Source of the DNA: Candidatus Magasanikiibacteriota bacterium
Lineage (GTDB): Bacteria; Patescibacteriota; Patescibacteriia; Magasanikbacterales; UBA922
DNA: 64,000 nt
NCBI GenBank assembly: GCA_052033375.1
Contig: JBPOJQ010000013.1
Coordinates: forward strand, 2,255-66,254
Direction of reading: 5' to 3'
Shown here in pieces: positions 10,938 through 21,068 of this stretch. A program made the position numbers and the translations under genes. Below the pieces are notes generated by a model that was given only the letters and a program-made list of their open reading frames with translations, was not told where the DNA came from and did not search any database. The stretch's first letter is position 1, and each line of letters opens with the position of its first letter.

Positions 10938-11699
10938 ATGACTTTTGCACTCTACGAAGAAAAAGGATTTCAGACAATTGAAGAAACGATCGGGATTGTC
11001 TTTACTGATAAAAAACTATTAGTGCAAGCACTCGTACACCGATCATATCTCAATGAAAATCGTGATTTTCCTCTCGGACATAATGAACGTCTTGAATTTC
11101 TCGGAGATGCAATTCTCGAACTTGCGGTGACTGAATTTTTGTTTGAAAATTATCTCAATCCTGAGGGAGAACTCACCAATTGGCGTGCCGCTCTCGTGAA
11201 TGGCACGATGTGTGCACGTGTTGCACGAGAATTAGACCTCGAGCAATTTTTATTTTTGAGTCATGGCGAATCAAAAGATACTAATGTCAAAGCCCGTGAC
11301 TACATCCTCGCAAATGCATTGGAAGCACTCATCGGTGCGATTTATCTGGATCATGGCTGGGAACTCGCAGAACAATTCGTCACTCGTTTTATTATTACCA
11401 AACTCCCCGAAGTACTTGAGCTCGGGCTTTGGATGGATGCAAAATCGCGTTTCCAGGAAGCTGCACAAGAAATCACCGGCATTACCCCCACATATAAAGT
11501 ATTACGTGAAGATGGCCCAGACCATGCAAAGAACTTTGTTGTCGGCATATTCCTTAATAAAGAAAAAATTGCGGAAGGTCTCGGTACAAGTAAACAAGAG
11601 GCGCAAACCGCTGCAGCCGAAGAAGCACTCAAGGTGAAGGGGTGGAAAGGACCTAAAGTATCAATCACTCCTCGCACGCCTGACGACCCTATTGGATAA
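10938..11699 (+). CDS. rnc: Ribonuclease III
   Basis: The RNase III signature ERLEFLGDAILEL and a C-terminal dsRBD (KSRFQEAAQE...GTSKQEAQTAAAEEAL) are present. Confidence 0.92.
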   Translation: MTFALYEEKGFQTIEETIGIVFTDKKLLVQALVHRSYLNENRDFPLGHNERLEFLGDAILELAVTEFLFENYLNPEGELTNWRAALVNGTMCARVARELDLEQFLFLSHGESKDTNVKARDYILANALEALIGAIYLDHGWELAEQFVTRFIITKLPEVLELGLWMDAKSRFQEAAQEITGITPTYKVLREDGPDHAKNFVVGIFLNKEKIAEGLGTSKQEAQTAAAEEALKVKGWKGPKVSITPRTPDDPIG

Positions 11700-11778
11700 A
11701 CGCTGGGTAGAGATTATCTGCAACTTGATTTTTTCTTCTACTTAGGCTATACTCGTGCTTACAAACTTTGTATGTTAT

Positions 11779-11851
11779 GGGCCGTTAGCTCAGCCGGTAG
11801 AGCAGTTGCCTCTTAAGCAAACGGTCGCAGGTTCGATCCCTGCACGGCCCA
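11779..11851 (+). tRNA. tRNA-Lys (anticodon CUU)
   Basis: Cloverleaf folded by hand. Acceptor GGGCCGT/ACGGCCC, anticodon loop CTCTTAA, T-arm GCAGG-TTCGATC-CCTGC. Confidence 0.85.
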
Positions 11852-11858
11852 CACCAAT

Positions 11859-11930
11859 GCCTCTATAGTTTAATGGATAAAACTACGGTCTTCGGAACCG
11901 TTGATGGGGGTTCGATTCCCTCTGGAGGCA
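11859..11930 (+). tRNA. tRNA-Arg (anticodon UCG)
   Basis: Acceptor GCCTCTA/TGGAGGC, anticodon stem ACGGT/ACCGT with loop CTTCGGA, T-loop TTCGATT. Confidence 0.8.
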
Positions 11931-11937
11931 CTAGTAT

Positions 11938-11967
11938 AAAACCACCCTTACCGGGTGGTTTTATTTT
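11938..11967 (+). terminator. Rho-independent terminator after the tRNA pair
   Basis: AAACCACCC-TTA-CCGGGTGGTTTTATTTT, a GC stem followed by a T-run. Confidence 0.75.
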
Positions 11968-12153
11968 GTATTGAGTTCAAAGGTACACACATCCGTTGTC
12001 GGAATACCCTCTAGATAACCATTGCAAAACTTTTCTGCTTCGTCATATGAATGTAATCTAGGGTATCCACTCACCCTACTGAATGGGAATATATAGATCG
12101 ACATTATACTACAAAAATTTTAAAAAAGAAAACAGAGAATGATATCTCTGTTT

Positions 12154-12429
12154 TTACTCTCCCGCATACTCAAATCTTTTCATTGTCTTTCCATCAACTT
12201 CCACATCACTTTCAAACATACTCTTTGGTCGTGCCCAGAGCTGATCGACTCCATTCTCATCAGGGTGAGAATACACGACCAATTCCTCGTCGGGATTTTC
12301 ACTATGTTTTGCGACACCGATCACTGTGCACATATGACCTTTGTAGTGCCGATATTTTCCAAGTTTAATCATACATGCATTTTTTTCCCTGCCTGCTGAC
12401 AGGTAGTGTGCGTTTTCATCGTTACTCAA
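12154..12429 (-). CDS. DUF1653 family protein
   Basis: The YRHYKG motif and a VVYSHPDENG...WARPKSMF region match the DUF1653 consensus. A minus-strand hairpin plus T-run overlaps the stop at about 12131..12160. Confidence 0.7.
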   Translation of the reverse strand: MSNDENAHYLSAGREKNACMIKLGKYRHYKGHMCTVIGVAKHSENPDEELVVYSHPDENGVDQLWARPKSMFESDVEVDGKTMKRFEYAGE

Positions 12430-14471
12430 CGAAGTTGAATCCCATCCCCCACTTTCTTTAGGGTTACCTGCGTGACCTGATCATCTGCGCTCATACGTAC
12501 TTTTGAGGTAAGATCTTTTTGCGTCGGATTATCTACGTTCAACACTACAGGAAATGTTGCTGAAAGAATATCGACGCTGGTGGGCATTTCAGGTATGGTC
12601 CAGGTGATTCGTTTACTCGTCTCATCATATGTCATTTCCCCTGCAGCAACCGTAAATTTGGATGGATCGACCACTACTTCACCATACACATCCATCTCCA
12701 ATTTGATATTTTTCAAACCATGAAAAGAATTTGATAACGCCCATGAAATATCATAGGTTCCAGCAGCACCACCAGTGCTGCCAAATTCATATTCTGTTTT
12801 GAGTGCAAAATCAGATACCAGCGTGAGATTAATCTGATTTGAAGAAATTGTCTTTCGATCATCTTTTTTTCCATGCGTAAAGCTCGACGTAAAGATAATA
12901 TTATTGGTAGTAAAATTACCCAAGGTAATCTGATCTCCTGACCGAATAGGAATTGATACATCCACCTGAACTTGTTCTCCCGGAGCAATTGATGCGAGCT
13001 CGGGCACATACGCCTTATTCCAACTGATTTTTCCTCGTCGAGTATCTGGTGTCAATTGTTCTCCATCTACCGCAGCATCACCTGTGATCACGAGATCCTG
13101 CCAACCGAGAATACTTCGATTACTGTATGACGGACCATCAATCACCGCGTCAATCACCACATCAGTCAGCACAGTTTCTCCTTTATTCTGGACAACAATA
13201 CTTGCTGATACTGTTTCACCCGGGGCAATTGTTGTATCACCCGCACCCCCATTGATGACTAAACTAATATTTGTCGTAGACTCAGTCAAAGACACTGATT
13301 GTGTGGCACGTCCGACGATATATCCGTCTCCTGTGCGCTGATCAGTCTCCCACCCCCGTAATTCGACCATAACATCACTGGTCGACGAAGGACTAGAAAA
13401 GGCGCCGGACAATTCGACTACTGTCTTTTCGGTTATATTATCAAAATCCCAGGTACATGGCATTCCTTCTTCAGAAGCAGGCGTACTCTTGATATCTGGT
13501 TGAAAATCCAGAGAAGTGCAGATGAGCCGTACGTGTGCAAGTACCACGCCAGATGCCGGAGTAATCGTGATTGTGATTGGAGTTTTTCCACCCCGAGGAA
13601 CTTCATTTGCGACACCAATCTCAATCACTGCTGCATCTGTATTCGCATGTATTTTTTTGACAGCTACAGCATGAAATGTGGAAGTAAAATTATCTGGTTT
13701 ATAGGAGAGTATTCCACGAATTGACTGCTCTGATCCGCTATCCCCGTACAAGATCCCTGTCACATCAATAAATCCACCGCTTCCAGGATCGAGGGTTCCC
13801 AATGTCCAACGATCATTTGATTCATCATCCCCTGCTTTAGTCGTTGTAGTTATCTTGAATCCTTCGGGAAAGCGCACCTCGAGTACTGACTCGTGCAGTG
13901 ACACACTCTGTGCATTCCGATAGCGTATCCGATATGTCACCTGACTTCCTGGAAGAACACTTTCCTCGCCTGTAATACCCAATGACACATCAGCTTCTGA
14001 AAAATGTGATTTCGGTTGTAGTAGAAATAATCCTGCCCAGGCTGCTCCGCCAAAAAAGATACATGAGATCAAAAAAATCACTAGCGCACGCACAAACGTA
14101 CTTGTTTTCCTACTTTCAAATGTCTTCATGTCTGGCATCGATCCATCACTATTTTCATAAATCTGAGATAATTGTTCGGCTATCACCTGCCCCCTCACAC
14201 TGTCTGTCGGAGCAGCATACGTCTCTTCCACATCAGCAATCTCTTCAGAGTCATCCTCGATATCTTTTTTTTCAGAGTCATGCGTCTGCTTTTTCTTTTT
14301 TTCATGCCCTATCTTTTTCTTTTCTTTTTTTTCTTTTTTTTCCCCTGTTTCCAAATCTTTTTCCACAAATGCACCGTGCTCATGTTCATCATGTGCCGGT
14401 GTTTCACCATTCCATTCCCGTTCCAACTCTTCTATATGTTCAGTGTCGTGTGATTTTTTTTCATGTGTCAT
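12426..14471 (-). CDS. Membrane-anchored surface protein. It has a K/E-rich low-complexity cytoplasmic N-terminus, one TM, then beta-rich repeated (DUF11/Ig-like) extracellular modules.
   Basis: 681 aa. The N-terminus HEKKSHDTEHIEELERE...KKEKKEKKK is encoded over poly-T/A tracts at 14276..14345. TM segment LVIFLISCIFFGGAAWAGLFLL. Repeats such as GSQVTYRIRYRNAQSVSL are DUF11-like. There is a 4-nt ATGA overlap with the downstream gene. Confidence 0.8.
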   Translation of the reverse strand: MTHEKKSHDTEHIEELEREWNGETPAHDEHEHGAFVEKDLETGEKKEKKEKKKIGHEKKKKQTHDSEKKDIEDDSEEIADVEETYAAPTDSVRGQVIAEQLSQIYENSDGSMPDMKTFESRKTSTFVRALVIFLISCIFFGGAAWAGLFLLQPKSHFSEADVSLGITGEESVLPGSQVTYRIRYRNAQSVSLHESVLEVRFPEGFKITTTTKAGDDESNDRWTLGTLDPGSGGFIDVTGILYGDSGSEQSIRGILSYKPDNFTSTFHAVAVKKIHANTDAAVIEIGVANEVPRGGKTPITITITPASGVVLAHVRLICTSLDFQPDIKSTPASEEGMPCTWDFDNITEKTVVELSGAFSSPSSTSDVMVELRGWETDQRTGDGYIVGRATQSVSLTESTTNISLVINGGAGDTTIAPGETVSASIVVQNKGETVLTDVVIDAVIDGPSYSNRSILGWQDLVITGDAAVDGEQLTPDTRRGKISWNKAYVPELASIAPGEQVQVDVSIPIRSGDQITLGNFTTNNIIFTSSFTHGKKDDRKTISSNQINLTLVSDFALKTEYEFGSTGGAAGTYDISWALSNSFHGLKNIKLEMDVYGEVVVDPSKFTVAAGEMTYDETSKRITWTIPEMPTSVDILSATFPVVLNVDNPTQKDLTSKVRMSADDQVTQVTLKKVGDGIQLR

Positions 14472-14481
14472 AGAAAAAAGA

Positions 14482-17151
14482 TTATTCTTGTTTCATTACA
14501 ATTCCAAACACTGCGTCCTCTGTCAGAATACCCTCGGTTGACGCTCCATTGAGGGAGAGTGAGATATCATCACTCGTTCTCCAAACCGGACGCCAGTGAT
14601 CAGGATAAATAACTGTATGTACAAACGCACTCGTCATACCAGACTGTTTTTGCATGACCATACTATATTTCGATGTATGCTCTACCGCCTGTGATAGTTT
14701 GGTAAGATATTCTTTAACCTTGTTCCCTTCTGTTTCTGCATGTTTATTTTCTTCATCGGAAAATGCACGAAAAGGTAGTCGATACGTGAAATATACTTTT
14801 GTCTCCGTATTAGGATACGTGACAATCCAATTTCCAAATGAAGTCTTACCAAATTCATTCACCATTCGAGTTCCTGATCCTTGATGAATACCTTTTTCGA
14901 TTTCATGTGTAGCAAGATCAGCGTCTTCGCGGTACCATTCAGGTGCCACGTGGAATGATGATTCATCAGGAAATACAAATCCACCAGCGTCGAGTAATTC
15001 TGCCCCCTCTGGCACATATACACGAATGTAGCTCGTATTTGGCTGACCAAAAAGTGTTGATTCATCACGCCCCTCATGTCTTCGTGTAATAATGACAGTG
15101 TCGATAATTGAACCATCAGCTTCAACTACGGCTTGATGTTCTACTGTCTGTGCAATATTCACATCACTCTTACCTCCGCCGATATTTGCATTGACGACCA
15201 TGAGATAATCCTGTGTGCGATCAGTCTGAATGATTTCTCCACTCCACCCATATGAACGAGCAAAATCCTGTACACGCGTATCAGTAAAATATGCCTGAAT
15301 TTCACGCTCACCCAGTGCGTCTGAGAGCTCGGTTACCAACGCAATCAATTGCTCCGGCTGAATCGTCTTCAGAATATCGGTAATCTGTCCAAACAGTACT
15401 GAGAGCACTGCCTTTGGTGTATTCAATCCATCCGCATTGTCATACGACTGAATTTCATAACTGAGATCTTTGATAGCTGACTCGCTCGTCAACATCACGT
15501 CATACTGTTCATTCTGCAATGGACCGATAATTTTTAATAGACGCTTGAGTACATCCGCATTAATTGCAATTACCCCATCGACAGTCGTATTTCTACTTTT
15601 TTGATAAAACCATGCAAGTTTTTCTCCTGTTGCTCTGAAATCAGGAAACCAATTCGCATCCTGAAATTCCCATCTATTATTAATTGACTGAAGTGGGACG
15701 GGAGGCTTCACAAATTCACTCAATTGCCCTTGCAAATCATAACTTCCGCCACCAGGAATATCGATGTTCAATATATTTCCATTCTGCACGTCGATTACCC
15801 CAAAACTTCCGATAAATCCTCCTGTCGGACGCAATTCATAGGGATTCTGGAATACGACTAGATACCGTTTGAATCCTTCTGAACCAAGCATGAGTTCAAT
15901 ACCAGAAATCACATCGGACACTTTTTGTACGTCTCCGACCAGTGTGTGAAATAACTCACGAAATTCACTAAATGATTCCTGATATTCAACGGGGAGCGAG
16001 GCAGGCGACACATGATCGAGACGTTCCAGTGCCTCGGTATATTGAGGCAGAGCTCCACGTATATGTACCCGGAGTGTTTTTAGGCGCTCAATATTTGAGA
16101 CATCAGTTGCCATGCGCACCTCATTGATACCCTTGATCAAATACGCATTCCCCAATGCGAGATAATGTCCTGCTTCCAATAATTCCTGTCTACTTTTGAT
16201 TTTTGTACCAACGACTGGTAATAGATCGAGTACATAGACCAATGCTTTATACTCTTTATCAACCATCGTCCGAGCGTTGCCAAAAGAGTTGAGCGCACTC
16301 GTCAAATCTAATTCTGCTTGTGGCAAATTCTGATTAAACGCAGCAACCGTCGAGGATTGGAGCGATAAAAATGCATTCGTACTCTCTGCAATGATTTCTT
16401 TGGTATTTTTTTCTACATCACGATAATACCCCAGTGCTTGGAATGGTGCTGCAGCAATGGTCACCAATATCAGGAGTGACAAAGCAAACTTTCGTATCTG
16501 AAATGAATGGTGTATTTTTTCTCGCGTACGCGCAATCGCGTCTTTCAGAGATACCCAGAACGAATGCCTCGTACGTGTCATGAGTACAGGGGTCAGTGGT
16601 ACTTCCACGTGATTATCGAGGGGTGACATGTTTTGTACAGTATTTTTCGGAGTGATTACATATGCCACGTCACGCACACCCTCGAGTCGTGCAATTTCTT
16701 TCAAAATATCAATGGCTGGTTTTTTGAGCGTATCTCTCGTCACCTGTGTTGCCGGTGCTGCATTTTTCTGATTTGCCAGACGCACCAACTGAGCAAAATC
16801 CACCGCCACCGGACGAGAATTTTTTTTTCTTGTGTCGGGACGATATACCTGAAGACTCTTCCATGCAGTGTCCAATTCTTCATTTTTGAGTGAAACCATG
16901 TGTGGAGATACCGGTGGTTCTCCTGGGGTGACATGTACCGTAATTGTTGGGGTTGTTTTTTTTGTTTTTGGACTGGTTACTATTGGTGTTTCTGGTTGTT
17001 TGTGAACCACGTTTATACCCAAAACAGGAGTTGATTTGTTCACTCCATTTTCGACACACGTACGCGCATTATGTCCCACTTTGTCGCATCGTGCACAGCG
17101 ACGCAGTGGTGCGCGTTTTTTGTTTGAGGATGTTTGAGAATAGTGCGGCAT
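14482..17151 (-). CDS. Large single-pass membrane protein with an N-terminal CCHC zinc knuckle and a large extracytoplasmic domain (possibly DUF4012-like), first gene of the polysaccharide cluster
   Basis: 889 aa. CARCDKVGHNARTC fits CX2CX4HX4C exactly. TM segment FALSLLILVTIAAAPF. C-terminal domain motifs RPTGGFIGSFG and NWFPDF are present. The DUF4012 assignment comes from memory and is uncertain. Confidence 0.8.
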   Translation of the reverse strand: MPHYSQTSSNKKRAPLRRCARCDKVGHNARTCVENGVNKSTPVLGINVVHKQPETPIVTSPKTKKTTPTITVHVTPGEPPVSPHMVSLKNEELDTAWKSLQVYRPDTRKKNSRPVAVDFAQLVRLANQKNAAPATQVTRDTLKKPAIDILKEIARLEGVRDVAYVITPKNTVQNMSPLDNHVEVPLTPVLMTRTRHSFWVSLKDAIARTREKIHHSFQIRKFALSLLILVTIAAAPFQALGYYRDVEKNTKEIIAESTNAFLSLQSSTVAAFNQNLPQAELDLTSALNSFGNARTMVDKEYKALVYVLDLLPVVGTKIKSRQELLEAGHYLALGNAYLIKGINEVRMATDVSNIERLKTLRVHIRGALPQYTEALERLDHVSPASLPVEYQESFSEFRELFHTLVGDVQKVSDVISGIELMLGSEGFKRYLVVFQNPYELRPTGGFIGSFGVIDVQNGNILNIDIPGGGSYDLQGQLSEFVKPPVPLQSINNRWEFQDANWFPDFRATGEKLAWFYQKSRNTTVDGVIAINADVLKRLLKIIGPLQNEQYDVMLTSESAIKDLSYEIQSYDNADGLNTPKAVLSVLFGQITDILKTIQPEQLIALVTELSDALGEREIQAYFTDTRVQDFARSYGWSGEIIQTDRTQDYLMVVNANIGGGKSDVNIAQTVEHQAVVEADGSIIDTVIITRRHEGRDESTLFGQPNTSYIRVYVPEGAELLDAGGFVFPDESSFHVAPEWYREDADLATHEIEKGIHQGSGTRMVNEFGKTSFGNWIVTYPNTETKVYFTYRLPFRAFSDEENKHAETEGNKVKEYLTKLSQAVEHTSKYSMVMQKQSGMTSAFVHTVIYPDHWRPVWRTSDDISLSLNGASTEGILTEDAVFGIVMKQE

Positions 17152-17245
17152 GGGTACACATCAAGCATATGTGTAGTATAGCATAGTTGCTCTCCCTATA
17201 TCTATGCTCACACATTCTTTTTGAATACCTGTTGTGTACAAGTAC

Positions 17246-18391
17246 TTACGGGACCATGTCCAGCGCCTTTTTATACACGTCACCTGTTTTTTGTATAAAC
17301 ACTGCTTCAGAGAAAAGCGCAGCCTGTTCACGCCCCTGTATCGAAAGTTCGCGACGCATTTCAGGGTCTCCCAATACTTGCGTCAATCCATATGCGATAT
17401 GATCCACACTCGTAGGATCAATATAGTACCCTGCGCCTCCTACTACTTCAGGTAGTGACCCCGCATGTGACACGATGACCGGTACCCCCCTACTCATTGC
17501 CTCTAATGCAGGGAGTCCAAATCCTTCGTGCAGACTTGGAAACACCACTGCCTCCGCACCGAGATATAATTCCGATAATTGAGCGTCTTCTACAAATCCG
17601 AGCATTCGCACACGACCAATTCCTTTGCGTATACATGATGCTTCCAATTGTTGATACCACTTATTTTTTCTTCCTACCAATATGAGCTCATGATTCGGAA
17701 AATTATGATATATCATCTTCCATGCGTCGAGCAGACGTTCCAAATTTTTATGCGGATATGCTGCGCCTACGTAGAGAAGATACGGATGATCGGGCAGTAA
17801 TTCGAGTCTGGACGCGTCCACGGTCGTTGATATCTTTGCATGCTGATACGGGGCCTGATACATCACTGATATACGTTCCTCAGGAGTACCACATGTACGC
17901 ATAATATCTTGCTTGGTATACTCACTCATTGCCATGATACTATCTGCATGTTTCAATGCGTGACGCACGACGAGACGGTGCACCATATCTTTGATCCAGA
18001 ACACCGGACGACTCCGCGTCGTCGCTTCATACCGAGAAAAATGAAACATGGTAAGATCGTGTATGGTCACGACATATTTTTTTCGATACAACAGTGGCAT
18101 ATTCCAATGTGGAAAATGCATCAACTCGTGAGATCCATTGTGTATGAGTGATAAAAATCTGGTCTGTTCATCCCATCCGTACCAATGCATCGGAGCCTCA
18201 ATGACATCAAAATTTCCGCCCGCCATGCGATAATTCCGTACTTCTTCTGGCTTGAGATATAGTGTATACGAAAAATCAGACTGATATTTCTGCAATCCGT
18301 GTACGAGTGATTCTACATACCGCGCAAGCCCAAATCCCTTTCCATACATCCGCGCGTCAATTGCAATTTTTTTTCCTGACATACTAGACAC
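17246..18391 (-). CDS. Glycosyltransferase family 4 (GT-B fold)
   Basis: The C-terminal GT1/GT4 signature is FPSLHEGFGLPALEAMSRGVPVIVS. Confidence 0.88.
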   Translation of the reverse strand: MSSMSGKKIAIDARMYGKGFGLARYVESLVHGLQKYQSDFSYTLYLKPEEVRNYRMAGGNFDVIEAPMHWYGWDEQTRFLSLIHNGSHELMHFPHWNMPLLYRKKYVVTIHDLTMFHFSRYEATTRSRPVFWIKDMVHRLVVRHALKHADSIMAMSEYTKQDIMRTCGTPEERISVMYQAPYQHAKISTTVDASRLELLPDHPYLLYVGAAYPHKNLERLLDAWKMIYHNFPNHELILVGRKNKWYQQLEASCIRKGIGRVRMLGFVEDAQLSELYLGAEAVVFPSLHEGFGLPALEAMSRGVPVIVSHAGSLPEVVGGAGYYIDPTSVDHIAYGLTQVLGDPEMRRELSIQGREQAALFSEAVFIQKTGDVYKKALDMVP

Positions 18392-18392
18392 A

Positions 18393-19520
18393 CTAAAAAT
18401 CTTGTAATAATTTCAATACACTCTGCGCCGCAGTACTCCATGAAAATTTCACTACACGTTTCCTGCCTTCGACACGATACCATTCTCGAAGTTCTGGACT
18501 ATATGCGAGATCACGCATGGCATGTGCGATATCTGAGGTAATATGCGGACGCACGAGATATGCTGCCCCGTCGCACACTTCAAGCAATGACGACCGATCC
18601 GAAGTGATGACTGGTACACCTGCACTAAATGCTTCAAGGATCGGAAGACCAAATCCCTCATAAAAACTCGGATATATCAATGCCAGAGCACCAGCAATCA
18701 ATCGTTGCTTCTCCGCATGATTCACATATCCGCGATATACCACTCCCGGAGTAGTCGTAAATTTTTTGACTACCTTCCGATATCGCCACCCTAGCCCACC
18801 GCAGATAATTAGCTGTATCCCATGTTTGTGCAATCCGCTCTCTTTGTATGCAGCGATGATTCCTTCAAAATTTTTGCGTGGTTCAATAGTCGATACTGCT
18901 ACAAAATAGGGCGTCGCAGAAGACGCTGTGTTTTCTCCTCCTGCTACATCTGATACATCTTCTGGCCGACCATGTGGTATCGTGCGCACACGTGTATGAT
19001 CAATGGTGTAGAGAAGTTTCAGATCTTCTGTAGTACTCCGCGAGGGAGTAATAATCGTATGTGCATGTGCAATCAGACGTTTGGGGCGCAGAATAGCATG
19101 CCACCAGATACGTTTGAGTGAATAATACTGCTTGAAACGTTCGAAGGTGAGATCATGCACCACAAGCATCATCTTGGTATGTTTGGATACAGAAATAAAC
19201 CCAAGATTGGGGAAGAAAAACCAATCCAACGCGGGAATTCCTGCTCGCGCGCATACAATACGATCGAGTGTGAATATCCGAAGAGAGAGTAAGAAATTGA
19301 ATATTTTATTCGGATATCGAGTAGAGACGAGATGGACGTGTGGTATATCGTGGCACAGATCGACAAGCGCTGGTGGTGCTATTTTTTTTCCCTGATTATA
19401 AAATACATACCACTCGATTGACGTATTCTGTATCAATTCGCCAACCAGTGAGTGCGTATATTGTCCGACTCCAGTCACTGTTTCCTCGACCAAACTTCTG
19501 ATGTCGATTGCAACTCGCAT
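18393..19520 (-). CDS. Glycosyltransferase family 4
   Basis: The signature YPSFYEGFGLPILEAFSAGVPVITS is present. The gene is adjacent (1-nt gap) to the upstream GT4. Confidence 0.88.
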   Translation of the reverse strand: MRVAIDIRSLVEETVTGVGQYTHSLVGELIQNTSIEWYVFYNQGKKIAPPALVDLCHDIPHVHLVSTRYPNKIFNFLLSLRIFTLDRIVCARAGIPALDWFFFPNLGFISVSKHTKMMLVVHDLTFERFKQYYSLKRIWWHAILRPKRLIAHAHTIITPSRSTTEDLKLLYTIDHTRVRTIPHGRPEDVSDVAGGENTASSATPYFVAVSTIEPRKNFEGIIAAYKESGLHKHGIQLIICGGLGWRYRKVVKKFTTTPGVVYRGYVNHAEKQRLIAGALALIYPSFYEGFGLPILEAFSAGVPVITSDRSSLLEVCDGAAYLVRPHITSDIAHAMRDLAYSPELREWYRVEGRKRVVKFSWSTAAQSVLKLLQDF

Positions 19521-19523
19521 ATC

Positions 19524-20651
19524 TTAGAGAGATAGAGTATCGTGTGCCTTGCGATATGTATGTTCTACCAATTCCCTCATACGTGTCTCAAATACTGTGC
19601 ACGAAAATGTTTCAGCATGCGCGCGGATTGTGGCTGGATTCCACGCCAGCGGATCAAAGGCGTTGACGGCATCGTAGAGCGCGTTCCATGATTGGGTCTT
19701 GAAAAATACTCCCGTGACTCCTTCGATAATGGTCTCCAATGCACCCCCGGCACCATAGGCAATGACCGGTCGTCCATTTGCCATTGATTCGATAGGTGTG
19801 ATACCAAAATCCTCAAGTTGCGGATGAATAAATGCTTTTGCTCGGGATAGTAATTTCATTTTTTCTTCTTCACGTATTCTTCCGGTAAATACAATATTTT
19901 CTTTTGCACGTTTTTTCAGTTCAATCATGCTTGGACCGTCACCAAAAATAATCAATTTGTGTGTGAGCCGGTTGAAGGCTTCGACAATCAAATCAAATCG
20001 TTTGTATGGCACCAATCGTCCTCCGGAAATAAAATACTCATCAATCGGAGTCGCAATCGTCGTGTGAGACATATCGACTGGCGGAAATATAATCTCACTC
20101 TCACGGCGGTAATATTTGAGAATGCGATCCTGTACTGTATGCGAATTCGCAACAAAGATATCGACTCTTCCTGCTCCAAGCTGATCGACTACCCGTAATC
20201 TATGTATCAATCGAGGTAAAAACATCTTCACGATCTGTGGATATTTCAAATCTGCGATATATTCCTGTGTATCAGTCCAGAGATAGCGGGTCGGTGTGTG
20301 ACAGTAGCAGATATGGAGTGTGCCCGGGGGTGTAATAATTCCTTTTGCAAAAGCACTCGTCGAAGAAATTACCACGTCAAACCCAGTAAAATCAAAAGAC
20401 TCGAATGCTTGTGGCATAAGTGGTAGATACCACTGATATTTCTTTCTGCCCCATGGCAGGCGCGCAATAAATGATTCACGAATATCCGCGCCATCAAAGC
20501 CACTCACTGTTCCTTTCTGGTGAAATAACGTAAAAATAGGGGCTTCAGGCCACATCCGATGCAAGGAACGGAGCACACGCTCTGCTCCCCCGTCTTGAGC
20601 CAAATAATCATGTACGAGGGCGATTTTCATATAGAGTCGTAAAGTCATCAA
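19524..20651 (-). CDS. Glycosyltransferase family 4
   Basis: The signature EDFGITPIESMANGRPVIAYGAGGALE is present. Confidence 0.85.
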   Translation of the reverse strand: MMTLRLYMKIALVHDYLAQDGGAERVLRSLHRMWPEAPIFTLFHQKGTVSGFDGADIRESFIARLPWGRKKYQWYLPLMPQAFESFDFTGFDVVISSTSAFAKGIITPPGTLHICYCHTPTRYLWTDTQEYIADLKYPQIVKMFLPRLIHRLRVVDQLGAGRVDIFVANSHTVQDRILKYYRRESEIIFPPVDMSHTTIATPIDEYFISGGRLVPYKRFDLIVEAFNRLTHKLIIFGDGPSMIELKKRAKENIVFTGRIREEEKMKLLSRAKAFIHPQLEDFGITPIESMANGRPVIAYGAGGALETIIEGVTGVFFKTQSWNALYDAVNAFDPLAWNPATIRAHAETFSCTVFETRMRELVEHTYRKAHDTLSL

Positions 20652-20681
20652 GTCACAAAGTCGAAAGTCAATACAAGTGAA

Positions 20682-21023
20682 CTAACGTAACGTTTTAATG
20701 AAACCGGAAAGGAGTTTTGAAATTTCGACTGACTGTTCATAGAGTTTACGGGTTTGTTCCTTGGAAGTAAAGCCCAGCTCACAGGATACATATAGCATCG
20801 ATCGAACTTCCCTGCACGAACCTTTAGTAATGTAGAGAAAATGAGAAAATTCTCTATCTCCTCGCCGTTCAAACCCTTCTGCAATATTATTCATGATCGA
20901 AAGCAATGCTCTTTGTATTTGGTCTCTAAACCCAAAATCCCGACATGATTTAAATACGGCATATACACCAAGAGTTAAGGATCGTGCCTTTTGCCACGTA
21001 ATAATATCCTCAAATTTTTCAAT
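20682..21023 (-). CDS. Four-helix-bundle protein (TIGR02436), probably with a non-canonical start codon
   Basis: My translation of the frame upstream of the TTG at 20906 continues to a stop at 21069 and reads ...IEKFEDIITWQKARSLTLGVYAVFKSCRDFGFRDQIQRALLSIMNNIAEGFERR..., a canonical four-helix-bundle family sequence. No ATG/GTG/TTG lies upstream in frame. An ATT sits 6 nt after an AAGGGGGG SD-like run. Confidence 0.6.
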   Translation of the reverse strand: MEKFEDIITWQKARSLTLGVYAVFKSCRDFGFRDQIQRALLSIMNNIAEGFERRGDREFSHFLYITKGSCREVRSMLYVSCELGFTSKEQTRKLYEQSVEISKLLSGFIKTLR

Positions 21024-21068
21024 ATATATATCCCCCCTTATGACTTTATGGACTTGTAACTTTTTGAC

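Noticed and set aside
12139-12399. Plus-strand 86-aa ORF overlapping the DUF1653 gene
   Set aside because: The minus-strand product carries the diagnostic YRHYKG motif. The plus ORF is Cys/His-rich low-complexity with no features.
20648-20884. 78-aa minus-strand ORF overlapping the four-helix-bundle gene
   Set aside because: It is out of frame with the conserved four-helix-bundle protein reading frame and has no recognisable features.
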